A DNA stretch of 20,000 nt from an uncultured delta proteobacterium (GTDB lineage: Bacteria; Myxococcota; Myxococcia; Myxococcales; 40CM-4-68-19): positions 115,376 to 135,375 of the forward strand of contig CAIWCD010000001.1 in the NCBI GenBank assembly GCA_903911145.1. The letters are read 5' to 3'. A program made the translations under genes and the position numbers. This document shows, one piece after another, positions 8,265 through 16,333 of this stretch (positions within the stretch are counted from its first letter, which is position 1; every line of letters begins with the position of its first letter). Under the pieces are notes generated by a model. The model saw only the letters and a program-made list of their open reading frames with translations. It was not told where the DNA came from and made no database searches.

Positions 8265-8370
8265 AGGCGAGCCGGAGTCGACTTGGTCGATGCCGCGCGC
8301 AGCGATGGACTCCCCTCGCGGGAGTCCGTGAGCGAGCACGCCATCGAGCAAGTCGATCCGGCTCGCCGAT
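8265..8370 (-). repeat. 106-bp palindromic element, right copy (inverted relative to 5923-6028)
   Basis: Reverse complement reads ATCGGCGAGCCGGATCGACTTGCTCGATGGCGTGCTCGCTCACGGACTCCCGCGAGGGGAGTCC...GACTCCGGCTCGCCT. Similarity extends inward (TGCGCTCT at 6030-6037 and 8253-8260). Confidence 0.92.
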
Positions 8371-8384
8371 ACCTCCGCGAATTG

Positions 8385-8409
8385 AATGTGGACTCAACCC
8401 ATCCACATT
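8385..8409. promoter_or_regulatory. IscR/Rrf2 type-1-like operator upstream of iscU
   Basis: AATGTGGAC-TCAACCC-ATCCACATT, 25 bp with 8-bp perfect inverted arms; same length and right arm as the iscS box. Confidence 0.7.
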
Positions 8410-8462
8410 TGCTAGATCCCGCGTTGCGACTGCGTTAGATCAAGCCGCACCGGAGGCATTTC

Positions 8463-8879
8463 ATGGCGTACGGCGACAAGGTCCTGGACCACTACGAGAA
8501 CCCGCGCAACGTCGGGACGATGGACAAGAACGATCCCAGCGTCGGGACCGGACTCGTCGGCGCGCCAGCTTGCGGCGACGTGATGCGGCTGCAGATTCGC
8601 ATCGCGGACAACGGGCAGATCGAGGACGCCAAGTTCAAGACGTTTGGATGCGGCTCGGCGATCGCATCGAGCTCGCTGGTCACCGAGTGGGTCAAGGGCA
8701 AGTCGGTCGACGAGGCGATGACGATCAGCAACAAGCAGATCGCCAAGGAGCTCGCGCTGCCGCCGGTGAAGATCCACTGCTCGGTGCTCGCGGAAGACGC
8801 GATCCGCGCGGCCATCGCGGACTGGCGCAAGAAGAAGGGCATCGCGGAGCCGGCCGAAGCCAGCGCGGCGGCCCACTAG
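8463..8879 (+). CDS. iscU: Fe-S scaffold IscU
   Basis: MAY.DKVLDHYENPRNVG, GAPACGDVM, FKTFGCGSAIASSS, LPPVKIHCS; GGAGG RBS. Confidence 0.98.
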   Translation: MAYGDKVLDHYENPRNVGTMDKNDPSVGTGLVGAPACGDVMRLQIRIADNGQIEDAKFKTFGCGSAIASSSLVTEWVKGKSVDEAMTISNKQIAKELALPPVKIHCSVLAEDAIRAAIADWRKKKGIAEPAEASAAAH

Positions 8880-8919
8880 CTCGCGCGATCAACACGCGCA
8901 GCGAATGAGAGGAACGACG

Positions 8920-9309
8920 GTGCAGACGATGACCTCCGAGACTGAATCGCAGAGCGCGCCGGCCGCCAAGAGCGAGCCGACGATGCACCTCTCGCCGCTC
9001 GCTGCGAAGAAGATCCGCGCGCAGATTGAACAGCGTGCGGCGACGCAGGCGACGGCGGGAATTCGCGTCGGCGTCAAGGGCGGCGGCTGCTCGGGCCTCT
9101 CGTATGTGATCGAATTCTGCGACGCGCCTCGACCGCGCGACACGCTGATCGAGCTCGACGGCGCGAAGGTCTACGTCGATCCGAAGAGCCTCATCTATCT
9201 GAACGGCACGACGCTCGACTACGTCGACACCTTCCAGCAGAAGGGGTTCAAGTTCGTCAACCCGCAGCAGAAGTCGGAGTGCGGCTGCGGCGAATCCTTC
9301 TCTGTCTAG
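8920..9309 (+). CDS. iscA: A-type Fe-S carrier (IscA/HesB family)
   Basis: GIRVGVKGGGCSGLSY, VDPKSLIYLNGTTLDY, F.NP...CGCGESFSV. GTG 8920 follows GAGAGGA; other in-frame starts at 8905 and 8929. Confidence 0.93.
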   Translation: MQTMTSETESQSAPAAKSEPTMHLSPLAAKKIRAQIEQRAATQATAGIRVGVKGGGCSGLSYVIEFCDAPRPRDTLIELDGAKVYVDPKSLIYLNGTTLDYVDTFQQKGFKFVNPQQKSECGCGESFSV

Positions 9310-9330
9310 CTCCGGCTCGGATCGCGCGCG

Positions 9331-10008
9331 ATGAACGGACAGGCCGCATGTTGGAGCTGCGGCGCGGCTCATCGCGTCGATGCACCTCTCTGTGAAGCGT
9401 GCGGCAAGGTGCAGCCTGTTCCGCCGCATCGCCCCGGTGAAGCGCGCACGAGCGACAAGTTCGCCATGCTCGCCCTGCCCCGCTCGTTCGACCTCGACGA
9501 CGAAGCGCTCTCGACTGCGTTCCGCGCGCTCTCGCGCAAGCTGCATCCCGATCGCTTCGCGCGTGCGACTCCTCAAGAGCGCCGCTTTGCGCTCGAGCAG
9601 ACGACGCGGCTCAACGACGCGCACCGCACACTGCGCACTCCCGCCAAGCGCGCGGAGCATCTGCTCGAACTGCGCGGCATTCATCTCGCGGGCGAGCGCG
9701 AGAGCGCGCACCAGTTGCCCGTGCAGCAGCCGCTGCAGATGTCGATGGAGTTCCTCGAGGAGATGATGGAGGAGCGCGAGGCGCTGCTCGAGGCGAAGCA
9801 CGGCGGAGGCGGCGCGGAGGCGATCGCGAAACTCGCGGCCGCGATGGAGTTGAAGCAGGCAACGACACTTGCGCGCGTGGGCGAGATGCTGCGCGGACTC
9901 GACGCGCCGGGTGCCGCGAGCATCGAGTCTGTCGCTGAGCAGATCGCGCGGTTGCGCTATTACGAGCGCTATCTGGACGAGGCGCACGGGCGCGGCGCGG
10001 AAGGCTGA
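9331..10008 (+). CDS. hscB: Fe-S co-chaperone HscB
   Basis: J-domain HPD motif (SRKLHPDRF), [34 protein letters not shown]-terminal CWSC..CEAC. Confidence 0.93.
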   Translation: MNGQAACWSCGAAHRVDAPLCEACGKVQPVPPHRPGEARTSDKFAMLALPRSFDLDDEALSTAFRALSRKLHPDRFARATPQERRFALEQTTRLNDAHRTLRTPAKRAEHLLELRGIHLAGERESAHQLPVQQPLQMSMEFLEEMMEEREALLEAKHGGGGAEAIAKLAAAMELKQATTLARVGEMLRGLDAPGAASIESVAEQIARLRYYERYLDEAHGRGAEG

Positions 10009-10015
10009 GAAGAGC

Positions 10016-12142
10016 ATGCTGTTCGAGATTGCAGAGCCGGGCGCGAGCCGCACGAAGGAAGCCTGCGCGGTGGTTGCGCTGGGCATCGATCTGGGCACGA
10101 CCAATTCGCTCGTCGCTGTCGTGCAGGCGGACGAGGCTGGGAGCGGCGCGCCGCGTTGCCTCTCCATCGACGAGGGATCCGCCCTGCTGCCGAGCGTCGT
10201 CCATTACGCGAGCGGATCATCGGACACACAGCCACTCGTCGGACGCGCTGCGCGCAGGCTGCTCGCCTCGTCGCCGCGCGACACGCTCGCGTCGGTCAAG
10301 CGCTTCATGGGCAAGTCGGGGAGCGATGCAGAGACGCGCCGGCTGACCTCGTATGAGTTCGCAAAGCCGCTCCCAGCGCAGTCCGGAGCATCATCAGACG
10401 ATTCCGGATCGGTTCGATTTCTCTTGAGCGACGGCCGCGAGGTGACCCCCGTCGAGGCCTCGGCGGAGATCCTGCGCACGCTGAAATCCCGGGCCGAAGA
10501 GGCGCTCGGACAGAGCGTGAAGCAGGCCGTGATCACTGTGCCCGCCTACTTCGACGATGCGCAGCGCCAGGCGACCAAAGATGCGGGGCGCCTTGCTGGA
10601 CTTGATGTTCTGCGCCTGCTCAACGAGCCGACCGCGGCCGCGCTTGCCTATGGGCTCGACAAGAAATCTCAGGGCACGTTTGCCGTCTACGATCTCGGCG
10701 GCGGGACGTTTGACGTCTCGATCCTCGAGCTGAAGGATGGCGTCTTCGAAGTGAAATCGGTCGGCGGGGATTCGGCGCTCGGCGGCGATGATTTCGATCG
10801 CGCGCTCGCGACGCATCTGCTGGCGCAGGCCGATGCGGCGCGCTCGTCGGCTCCCAGCAAGGCCGGGAGCGATCCGAAGCGCACGCGCGCGGCGATCGTC
10901 GCAGCTCGGGAGATCAAGGAGAAGCTCTCGAACGCGCAGCTCCTGCTCTCGGATGATCCGACCGTCAATGCCGAGTCGCTCACGCGTGAAGAGGCAGAGC
11001 GCGTGCTCGACGTCGGTCTGGTCGTCTCGCTCGACGACACGCAGCCCGGCGAGCAGCAGTTCCGCCCGCCCATCCTGAGGAGCGCAGCTCCCGCGCTGCG
11101 CGTGACGATGGCGAACTTCGAGTCGCTGGTGCGGCCGCTGGTGGAGCGCACGGGCGCGGCCTGCAAGCGGGCTCTCGAGGACGCGGGGGTGCGCGCGCCG
11201 AGCGGGCTGGGCAAGGATGGAGGGAGGAAGCTCGACGGCGTGATCCTCGTCGGCGGCTCGACGCGACTGCCGCTGGTCCGCCGCTACGTCGCGGAGATTT
11301 TCGGCCTCGAGGCGCTGCGCGATCTCAACCCGGACGAAGTGGTCGCGCTCGGAGCCGCGGTGCAGGCCGATTTGCTCACGGCCGAGACGCCGCAGCACGA
11401 TGTTCTCCTGCTCGATGTCACGCCGCTCTCGCTCGGCCTCGAGACGATGGGCGGGCTCGCGGAAAAGCTCATCCAGCGCAACACGACGATTCCCGCGAGC
11501 GCCGGCCAGGAGTTCACGACCTTCGCTGACGGGCAGAACGGGATGGACATCCACGTCGTGCAGGGCGAGCGCGAGCTGGTGCAGGACTGCCGGTCGCTCG
11601 CGCGATTTACGCTCTCGGGAATTCCGCCGCTGCCGGCCGGGATGGCGCGCGTGCGGGTCGAGTTCCGCGTCGACGCCGACGGCATCCTCAGCGTCAGCGC
11701 GCGCGAAATGTTCACCGGCGTCTCGCAGAGCATCGTCGTCAAGCCCGCGCACGGCCTCACCGACGACGAGGTCGAGCGGATGCTTCTGTCGTCGATCGAG
11801 AACGCGCAGCAGGATCTCGATGCGCGCATGCTGATCGACGCCCGCGTCGAGGCGCAGCGCATCCAGCGGGCGACCGAGAAGCAGTTGGAGGAGAACGGCG
11901 ATCTGCTCGAGGCGAGTGAGCGCAAGCAGATCGATGAGGCCGTGGCGCGCTTGACCGCTGCTGGCGCGGGCCAGGCGCATCGGCCCATCCTCGATGCGAT
12001 CGAGAAGCTCGATCGGCAGAGCAAAGAATTCGCTGAGCGGATCATGAACCGCGGGATCGAGCGGGCGCTCAAGGGCCACTCGGTCGACGAGTTCCACGGC
12101 CAGATCGGCGCGCACGCGAAGAAGGCGCTCGGCGTCGAGTAG
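10016..12142 (+). CDS. hscA: Fe-S chaperone HscA (Hsp70 family)
   Basis: MLFEIAEPG start typical of Hsc[86 protein letters not shown]; isc context. Confidence 0.95.
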   Translation: MLFEIAEPGASRTKEACAVVALGIDLGTTNSLVAVVQADEAGSGAPRCLSIDEGSALLPSVVHYASGSSDTQPLVGRAARRLLASSPRDTLASVKRFMGKSGSDAETRRLTSYEFAKPLPAQSGASSDDSGSVRFLLSDGREVTPVEASAEILRTLKSRAEEALGQSVKQAVITVPAYFDDAQRQATKDAGRLAGLDVLRLLNEPTAAALAYGLDKKSQGTFAVYDLGGGTFDVSILELKDGVFEVKSVGGDSALGGDDFDRALATHLLAQADAARSSAPSKAGSDPKRTRAAIVAAREIKEKLSNAQLLLSDDPTVNAESLTREEAERVLDVGLVVSLDDTQPGEQQFRPPILRSAAPALRVTMANFESLVRPLVERTGAACKRALEDAGVRAPSGLGKDGGRKLDGVILVGGSTRLPLVRRYVAEIFGLEALRDLNPDEVVALGAAVQADLLTAETPQHDVLLLDVTPLSLGLETMGGLAEKLIQRNTTIPASAGQEFTTFADGQNGMDIHVVQGERELVQDCRSLARFTLSGIPPLPAGMARVRVEFRVDADGILSVSAREMFTGVSQSIVVKPAHGLTDDEVERMLLSSIENAQQDLDARMLIDARVEAQRIQRATEKQLEENGDLLEASERKQIDEAVARLTAAGAGQAHRPILDAIEKLDRQSKEFAERIMNRGIERALKGHSVDEFHGQIGAHAKKALGVE

Positions 12143-12143
12143 A

Positions 12144-12191
12144 TGCTTTGAGTGCCGATATTTTGAGTGCAAACTATTTTGCTTTGAGTCC
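12144..12191. repeat. Three short AT-rich direct repeats (TTTGAGT core)
   Basis: TGCTTTGAGTGC (12144), TATTTTGAGTGC (12159), TGCTTTGAGTCC (12180). Confidence 0.65.
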
Positions 12192-12215
12192 CAACGATCG
12201 GAACGAGTGACCGAC

Positions 12216-12599
12216 ATGCCGAAGATCACCATCTACAACCCGCGCGGCGAGCTCGAGGCCGAGGGCGAGGTCTCGTCGGGGAAGAATCTCCTCGAGGCGT
12301 CGCAGGAACTCGGCGCGCATCACGGCTCGGCGTGCGGCGGCGTCTGTAGCTGCTCGACCTGCCACGTGTGGGTGAAGGAGGGCGGCGCGTCGCTCACCGC
12401 ACAGAGCGACGAGGAGGCCGACATCCTCGACAAGGCGTTCGACGTGAAGTCGACGAGCCGGCTCGGCTGCCAGGCGGAAGTGAGCAGCAAGGACGTCGTC
12501 TTCCAGATCACCGAGGAGTCGGAGCGGACCTGGTACGACGAGCATCCGAAAGAGCGTCACGTCGCCGAGGCCGCGGGGAAGTGGCCGATCAAGAAGTAG
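12216..12599 (+). CDS. fdx: ISC-type 2Fe-2S ferredoxin
   Basis: ACGGVCSCSTCHV and SRLGCQA; follows hscA. Start ATG 12216 or GTG 12207. Confidence 0.93.
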   Translation: MPKITIYNPRGELEAEGEVSSGKNLLEASQELGAHHGSACGGVCSCSTCHVWVKEGGASLTAQSDEEADILDKAFDVKSTSRLGCQAEVSSKDVVFQITEESERTWYDEHPKERHVAEAAGKWPIKK

Positions 12600-12642
12600 C
12601 GCCCTGGCCGCGCTGGTGGTGGATGCGCGCGCGCTCGGCTCG

Positions 12643-13227
12643 CTACGATTCTTCGCGGCGCACGTCCGACATGATGGCGAGAATCGACGCCGCCACGAGA
12701 AAGCGCGGGTCGATCGTGGGTCTCGCGCCGAGCACCAACTCGAACGCCCTTGCGAAGAATCGAACGCGCTGCGTGAGGTGTGCCGTCTCTTCGCCGCCGA
12801 TGCGGATCGCGTGCTGGCCCGGGATGATCCGCATCATGCGGCGAAGCAGATAGGGGCCCTCTTCGGTCATCTCGCCGGCCACACGATCGGTATCGTCGAG
12901 GATGTCCCAGGCGTCACGCACAAGGAAGGAGAAGCCGCGCGTGCGCACCGCGGCCAGGCGACGCCCCGACGAGGCTTCGAACACGTCGTGCACCATGTTG
13001 ATGGCGAGCAGGCGACGCGACTTGACGATCAGCAGCGGCTGCGTCTCGGCTTCATCGGCGAAGAGCGTGAACTCACTGCGCATGCGAAAGAGCGGATGGC
13101 GCACGAAGAGCACCAACTCGCCCGTCTCGGAGTAGACGCGGTAGGTCCGCCCGAACAGGGAAAACAGCGGGCGGATGATGCTGAAGCGCGTTCCCGACCA
13201 CGGTCCTTCGGCGATCGATTCGGACAT
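12643..13227 (-). CDS. LURP-one-related / scramblase (Tubby C-terminal-like) family protein
   Basis: FSIIRPLFSLFGRTYRVYSETGELVLFVRHPLFRMRSEFTLFADE..., DAWDILD, IDPRFLVAASIL. Start ATG 13227 or GTG 13290. Confidence 0.7.
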   Translation of the reverse strand: MSESIAEGPWSGTRFSIIRPLFSLFGRTYRVYSETGELVLFVRHPLFRMRSEFTLFADEAETQPLLIVKSRRLLAINMVHDVFEASSGRRLAAVRTRGFSFLVRDAWDILDDTDRVAGEMTEEGPYLLRRMMRIIPGQHAIRIGGEETAHLTQRVRFFARAFELVLGARPTIDPRFLVAASILAIMSDVRREES

Positions 13228-13302
13228 GCGGAAGTTAGAGTTCGCTGCTGCGACTGGAGTCAAGTCGGGTGCGCGCCGTCTCGGTTTCACGTTCGCGCAG
13301 CG

Positions 13303-14541
13303 CTACGACAGGAGCATCAGCTCCAGCAACTCGCCCGCCTCGATGCGCGCATCTCCCGGCGGCAGCACCGCGAGCGCATTGGCCGCGGCCCAGCTGGCGA
13401 TCTGCATCGAGCTCTGCTGCGGCGCGGGCGTGAATTCGAGCTGCCCATCGCGCCAACTCGCGCGGCCTCGCGGAAAGAAGGTCAAACCCGGCGCGCAGGA
13501 GAGCGAGCCGCTGGCGAGGGTGGCGCGAGCGCGCGGCCGCGCCGGGAGCGGATCTGCTTGCATCAGCCGCAACGCGGGACGCGCGAAGAGTTCGAAGCAG
13601 AGCATCGCAGCGGCGGGATTTCCCGGCAGGCCGAGCAGCAGCCGGCGCGGCGCGCTCGAATCGAGCGCAGGCAGCGCGCCGAAGAGGGTTGGCTTGCCTG
13701 GACGAATTGCGACACCGTGGAAGATCAGCTCTCCGCCGAGAAGCGCGAGTGCTTCCTGTGCGTGGTCGTGCTCACCCACACTCGCGCCGCCCGTCGTGAT
13801 GAGCAGCTCGGCCTCGACTCCCTTGAGGCGCGCCGCGATCTCGCGCGGCTCGTCGCGGCAGATGCCGAGGAGGATCGGCGTCGCGCCCGCCTCGCGGCAG
13901 AGTTGCGCGAGCGCGAGCGAATTGGTCTCGATGAGCTGTCCCGGCTGCGGCGTCTCGCCAACGGGGATCAGCTCGGAGCCGGTCGCGAGAATCGCCACGC
14001 GCGGCCTCGCGAAGACGCTCACCCGCGAAGCACCAGCCGCAGCGGCAAGCGACAGCTCAGCCGCGCCCAGAGCGGTCCCGCGCTCGACCACGAGCTGCCC
14101 AGTCCGCATCTCCTGGCCGCGCGGCCGCACATGCTCGCCGATGCGCAACTCGCGCTCGAGCGTCAGCCGATCGCCCTCGACGAGCGTCTCTTCCTGCATC
14201 GCCACGCAGTCCGCACCGGGAGGCAGCGGCGCCCCCGTGAAGATGCGCGCGGCCTCGCCCTGCTTGAGCGCGCGCGTGCTCGGCGGATCTCCGGCGGCGA
14301 TCGCGAAAGCCACATGAAGCGCGGCCCTGCCGTCGGCGGACGCGAGAGCGTAGCCGTCCATCATCGAGAGATCGTTTGCGGGCAGATCGCGCAAAGCCAT
14401 GATGGGCGCGGCCAGGATGCGCTCGTGGGCCTCGCCTGGCGCAAGCTCCTCGATGCAGAGCGGCGCGGAGCGTTTCGCGATCAGCGATTGCGCATGCTCA
14501 AGCGAGACCAGCTGCGCGAGACGTTTTCCGGCGTGGGCCAC
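13303..14541 (-). CDS. moeA: Molybdopterin molybdotransferase MoeA (gephyrin-like)
   Basis: SMMDGYA, RIFTGAPLPPGADCVAMQE, VAILATGSEL, ITTGGASVGEHD, IRPGKP, GLPGNP. Confidence 0.95.
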   Translation of the reverse strand: MAHAGKRLAQLVSLEHAQSLIAKRSAPLCIEELAPGEAHERILAAPIMALRDLPANDLSMMDGYALASADGRAALHVAFAIAAGDPPSTRALKQGEAARIFTGAPLPPGADCVAMQEETLVEGDRLTLERELRIGEHVRPRGQEMRTGQLVVERGTALGAAELSLAAAAGASRVSVFARPRVAILATGSELIPVGETPQPGQLIETNSLALAQLCREAGATPILLGICRDEPREIAARLKGVEAELLITTGGASVGEHDHAQEALALLGGELIFHGVAIRPGKPTLFGALPALDSSAPRRLLLGLPGNPAAAMLCFELFARPALRLMQADPLPARPRARATLASGSLSCAPGLTFFPRGRASWRDGQLEFTPAPQQSSMQIASWAAANALAVLPPGDARIEAGELLELMLLS

Positions 14542-14561
14542 GGCGAACTTTCCCTCTCCAG

Positions 14562-14590
14562 AAACAAAAAAGCCCCGCTTTTGGCGGGGC
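14562..14590 (-). terminator. Rho-independent terminator downstream of tRNA-Leu
   Basis: Minus strand GCCCCGC-CAAAA-GCGGGGC followed by TTTTTTGTTT. Confidence 0.85.
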
Positions 14591-14649
14591 CCTCCTGTCC
14601 ATCAACCGGCGCTCTTCGCGCTCAGGGATCGGACGATGGCGGCGTCACT

Positions 14650-14736
14650 TGGTGCCGAAGAGAGGACTCGAACCTCCACGCGGTTGCCCGCACCAGACCC
14701 TGAATCTGGCGTGTCTGCCAATTCCACCACTTCGGC
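14650..14736 (-). tRNA. tRNA-Leu(CAG)
   Basis: Minus strand GCCGAAGTGGTGGAATTGGCAGACACG-CCAGA-TTCAGGG-TCTGG, long variable arm, GGTTCGAGTCC, CTTCGGC-ACCA; 87 nt with encoded CCA. Confidence 0.97.
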
Positions 14737-14760
14737 TTGGGCGCCATTGCAACGGCGAGG

Positions 14761-14789
14761 CGTGTAGCCTTGATACAAAGTGAAGTCAA
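14761..14789 (-). promoter_or_regulatory. Candidate sigma70 promoter of tRNA-Leu
   Basis: Minus strand TTGACT-N17-TACACG, ending 24 nt upstream of the tRNA 5' end. Confidence 0.65.
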
Positions 14790-14840
14790 GGAATGGGAGC
14801 TTGTCGGGTCGTGCGGCGCTCGAGTATGAACGCAGCCCTC

Positions 14841-16322
14841 ATGAATCTTCCTTTCCTTCGCGTCGCGGCGATGTCTGCGTTCCTCCTCTCACTGCCTCTG
14901 CTTGCGCAGGGCGCGCCTGCTGCCAAAGCGAAGGAGACCCCCAGAAAGAGCGTCGTCGCGCTCGTGGCTCCTTTCGCGATCGATGCGGAGGATGGCCCCT
15001 GGAGCGGCTTTGCGGTCGCTGAGGTCATCACCGATCTCTTCGCGCAGGAGAACGTCGGGGGCTTTCTCACCAGCAAGCAGCTCGACGGGGCGCTGCGGCG
15101 CAAGGATCTGAAGCTCTCCGACGCGAGCGATCCCGAGATTGCGCTGCCGCTCGCCAAGACGATGGGCGCGACTGATCTCATTCTCGGCGCCGTCCACCGC
15201 ACCGGCGGAAAGCTGCAGCTCGAGGCGAAGCGCTACTCGGTCGTGAGCCGCGAGTTCACGCGCCAGGAGACGGTGAGCGGTGGGCCAGACGACCTGCCGA
15301 CGCTCGCGGCGCAGCTCGCGCAGAAGCTGCTCGACGTCAATGCCAAGACCAGGCCAATGAGCAGCAATGTGAAGGCGCTCGAGCAGGCGGCGAACTGCTG
15401 GTTCGATCTCGTCCGCTATCCGCTGCAGCCGCGCGTGGGAAATACGCCCGCGCTGGAGACGGCCGCGGCGGACGAGGCAAGCTGCAAAGCCGCGCTGCTG
15501 GCGGACGGGCAGCTCACCTGGGCGCATGCGGGAAGCGCGATTCTCAAGTCGCTCAAGGGCGACACGACCGGAGCGCGCGCGGAGATCAAGAGCGCGCGCA
15601 GCAAGGGTCGCTTCGAGGCGTGGCTGGCGATCGCCGATTATTTCGCGGCCCGCCGCGCACATGACGCGAACGGCGCGCGCGCATCACTCGAGGGCGCACT
15701 CAAGGAGCGGCCTGGATTCTTCATGGCTGCGGGTTATCTCGCCGAAGAGCGGATGGAGGCCGAGGACTACAAGGGAGCGGCGGCCGCATGGGATCGCGTC
15801 TTGAAGATCGCGCCGCGCCATCCGTTCGCGCTCGGCCAGAAGGGCAAGGCGTTTGGATTGATGCACAAGGATATCGACGCGCTCGCCCTGACCCGGCAGG
15901 CGCTCGATGTCGATCCGGGCGATCCCGAGCTGATGGTCGAGCTCGCGTCACGCCAGATCGATGCGCGGCAGAACCAGGAGGCGGAGGCAACGCTGCGGCA
16001 GGTGATGCAGGCCAAGCCTCCGCGTCCGCGCGCATGGCTGCGGCTCGGCTATCTCTACATGCGAGAGAACCGCATGCAGGACGCGCACGACACGCTCACT
16101 GAAGCGCTGACGTACGCCTATCGCGACGATGAAGCGCGCACGCGCGGGATTGCCTTTGGTGACCTCGCGCAGGTCGCGGGCGCTCAAGGGAACTACCCCG
16201 AGGCGATCCAGTACCTGCAGCAGGCGAAGAGCGAAGGCACGTCGACTCTGCCGTGCGATGCGCCAGAGCTGCGGGCCTTCCGCGGCAGGCCTGAGTTCAA
16301 CGCCATCTGCCCTGCGAAGTAA
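14841..16322 (+). CDS. Secreted tetratricopeptide-repeat protein with TolB-N/CsgG-like N-terminal alpha/beta domain
   Basis: Signal MNLPFLRVAAMSAFLLSLPLLAQG; LAKTMGATDLILGAV..KLQLEAKRY pattern; TPR-like units (AAAAWDRVLKIAPRH, RAWLRLGYLY, AIQYLQQA). Exact start uncertain. Confidence 0.8.
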   Translation: MNLPFLRVAAMSAFLLSLPLLAQGAPAAKAKETPRKSVVALVAPFAIDAEDGPWSGFAVAEVITDLFAQENVGGFLTSKQLDGALRRKDLKLSDASDPEIALPLAKTMGATDLILGAVHRTGGKLQLEAKRYSVVSREFTRQETVSGGPDDLPTLAAQLAQKLLDVNAKTRPMSSNVKALEQAANCWFDLVRYPLQPRVGNTPALETAAADEASCKAALLADGQLTWAHAGSAILKSLKGDTTGARAEIKSARSKGRFEAWLAIADYFAARRAHDANGARASLEGALKERPGFFMAAGYLAEERMEAEDYKGAAAAWDRVLKIAPRHPFALGQKGKAFGLMHKDIDALALTRQALDVDPGDPELMVELASRQIDARQNQEAEATLRQVMQAKPPRPRAWLRLGYLYMRENRMQDAHDTLTEALTYAYRDDEARTRGIAFGDLAQVAGAQGNYPEAIQYLQQAKSEGTSTLPCDAPELRAFRGRPEFNAICPAK

Positions 16323-16333
16323 CGAGGACAACC

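Noticed and set aside
5923..8370. Integron attC or CRISPR interpretation of the 106-bp elements
   Set aside because: Only two copies, inverted rather than direct; no RYYYAAC/GTTRRRY ends; no spacer array; no intI or cas gene in the window.
5900..8879. iscS and iscU both end in AAH-TAG
   Set aside because: Different codons (GCCGCTCAT vs GCGGCCCAC); not a target-site duplication.
10394..12232. 612-aa ORF antisense to hscA
   Set aside because: Long antisense frames are a known by-product of Hsp70 genes in GC-rich genomes.
12616..14703. 695-aa plus-strand ORF
   Set aside because: Antisense to moeA, the LURP-like gene and the tRNA; no domain signal.
14650..14736. tRNA-Leu as an island integration site
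   Set aside because: No integrase nearby, no duplicated tRNA 3' end noticed; followed directly by a terminator and moeA.
3282..15634. HIP1-like GCGATCGC at 3282, 3474, 7679, 8658, 9820, 14297 and 15627
   Set aside because: All seven encode Ala-Ile-Ala in frame, so codon usage explains them; a codon-shuffled test would be needed to claim enrichment.
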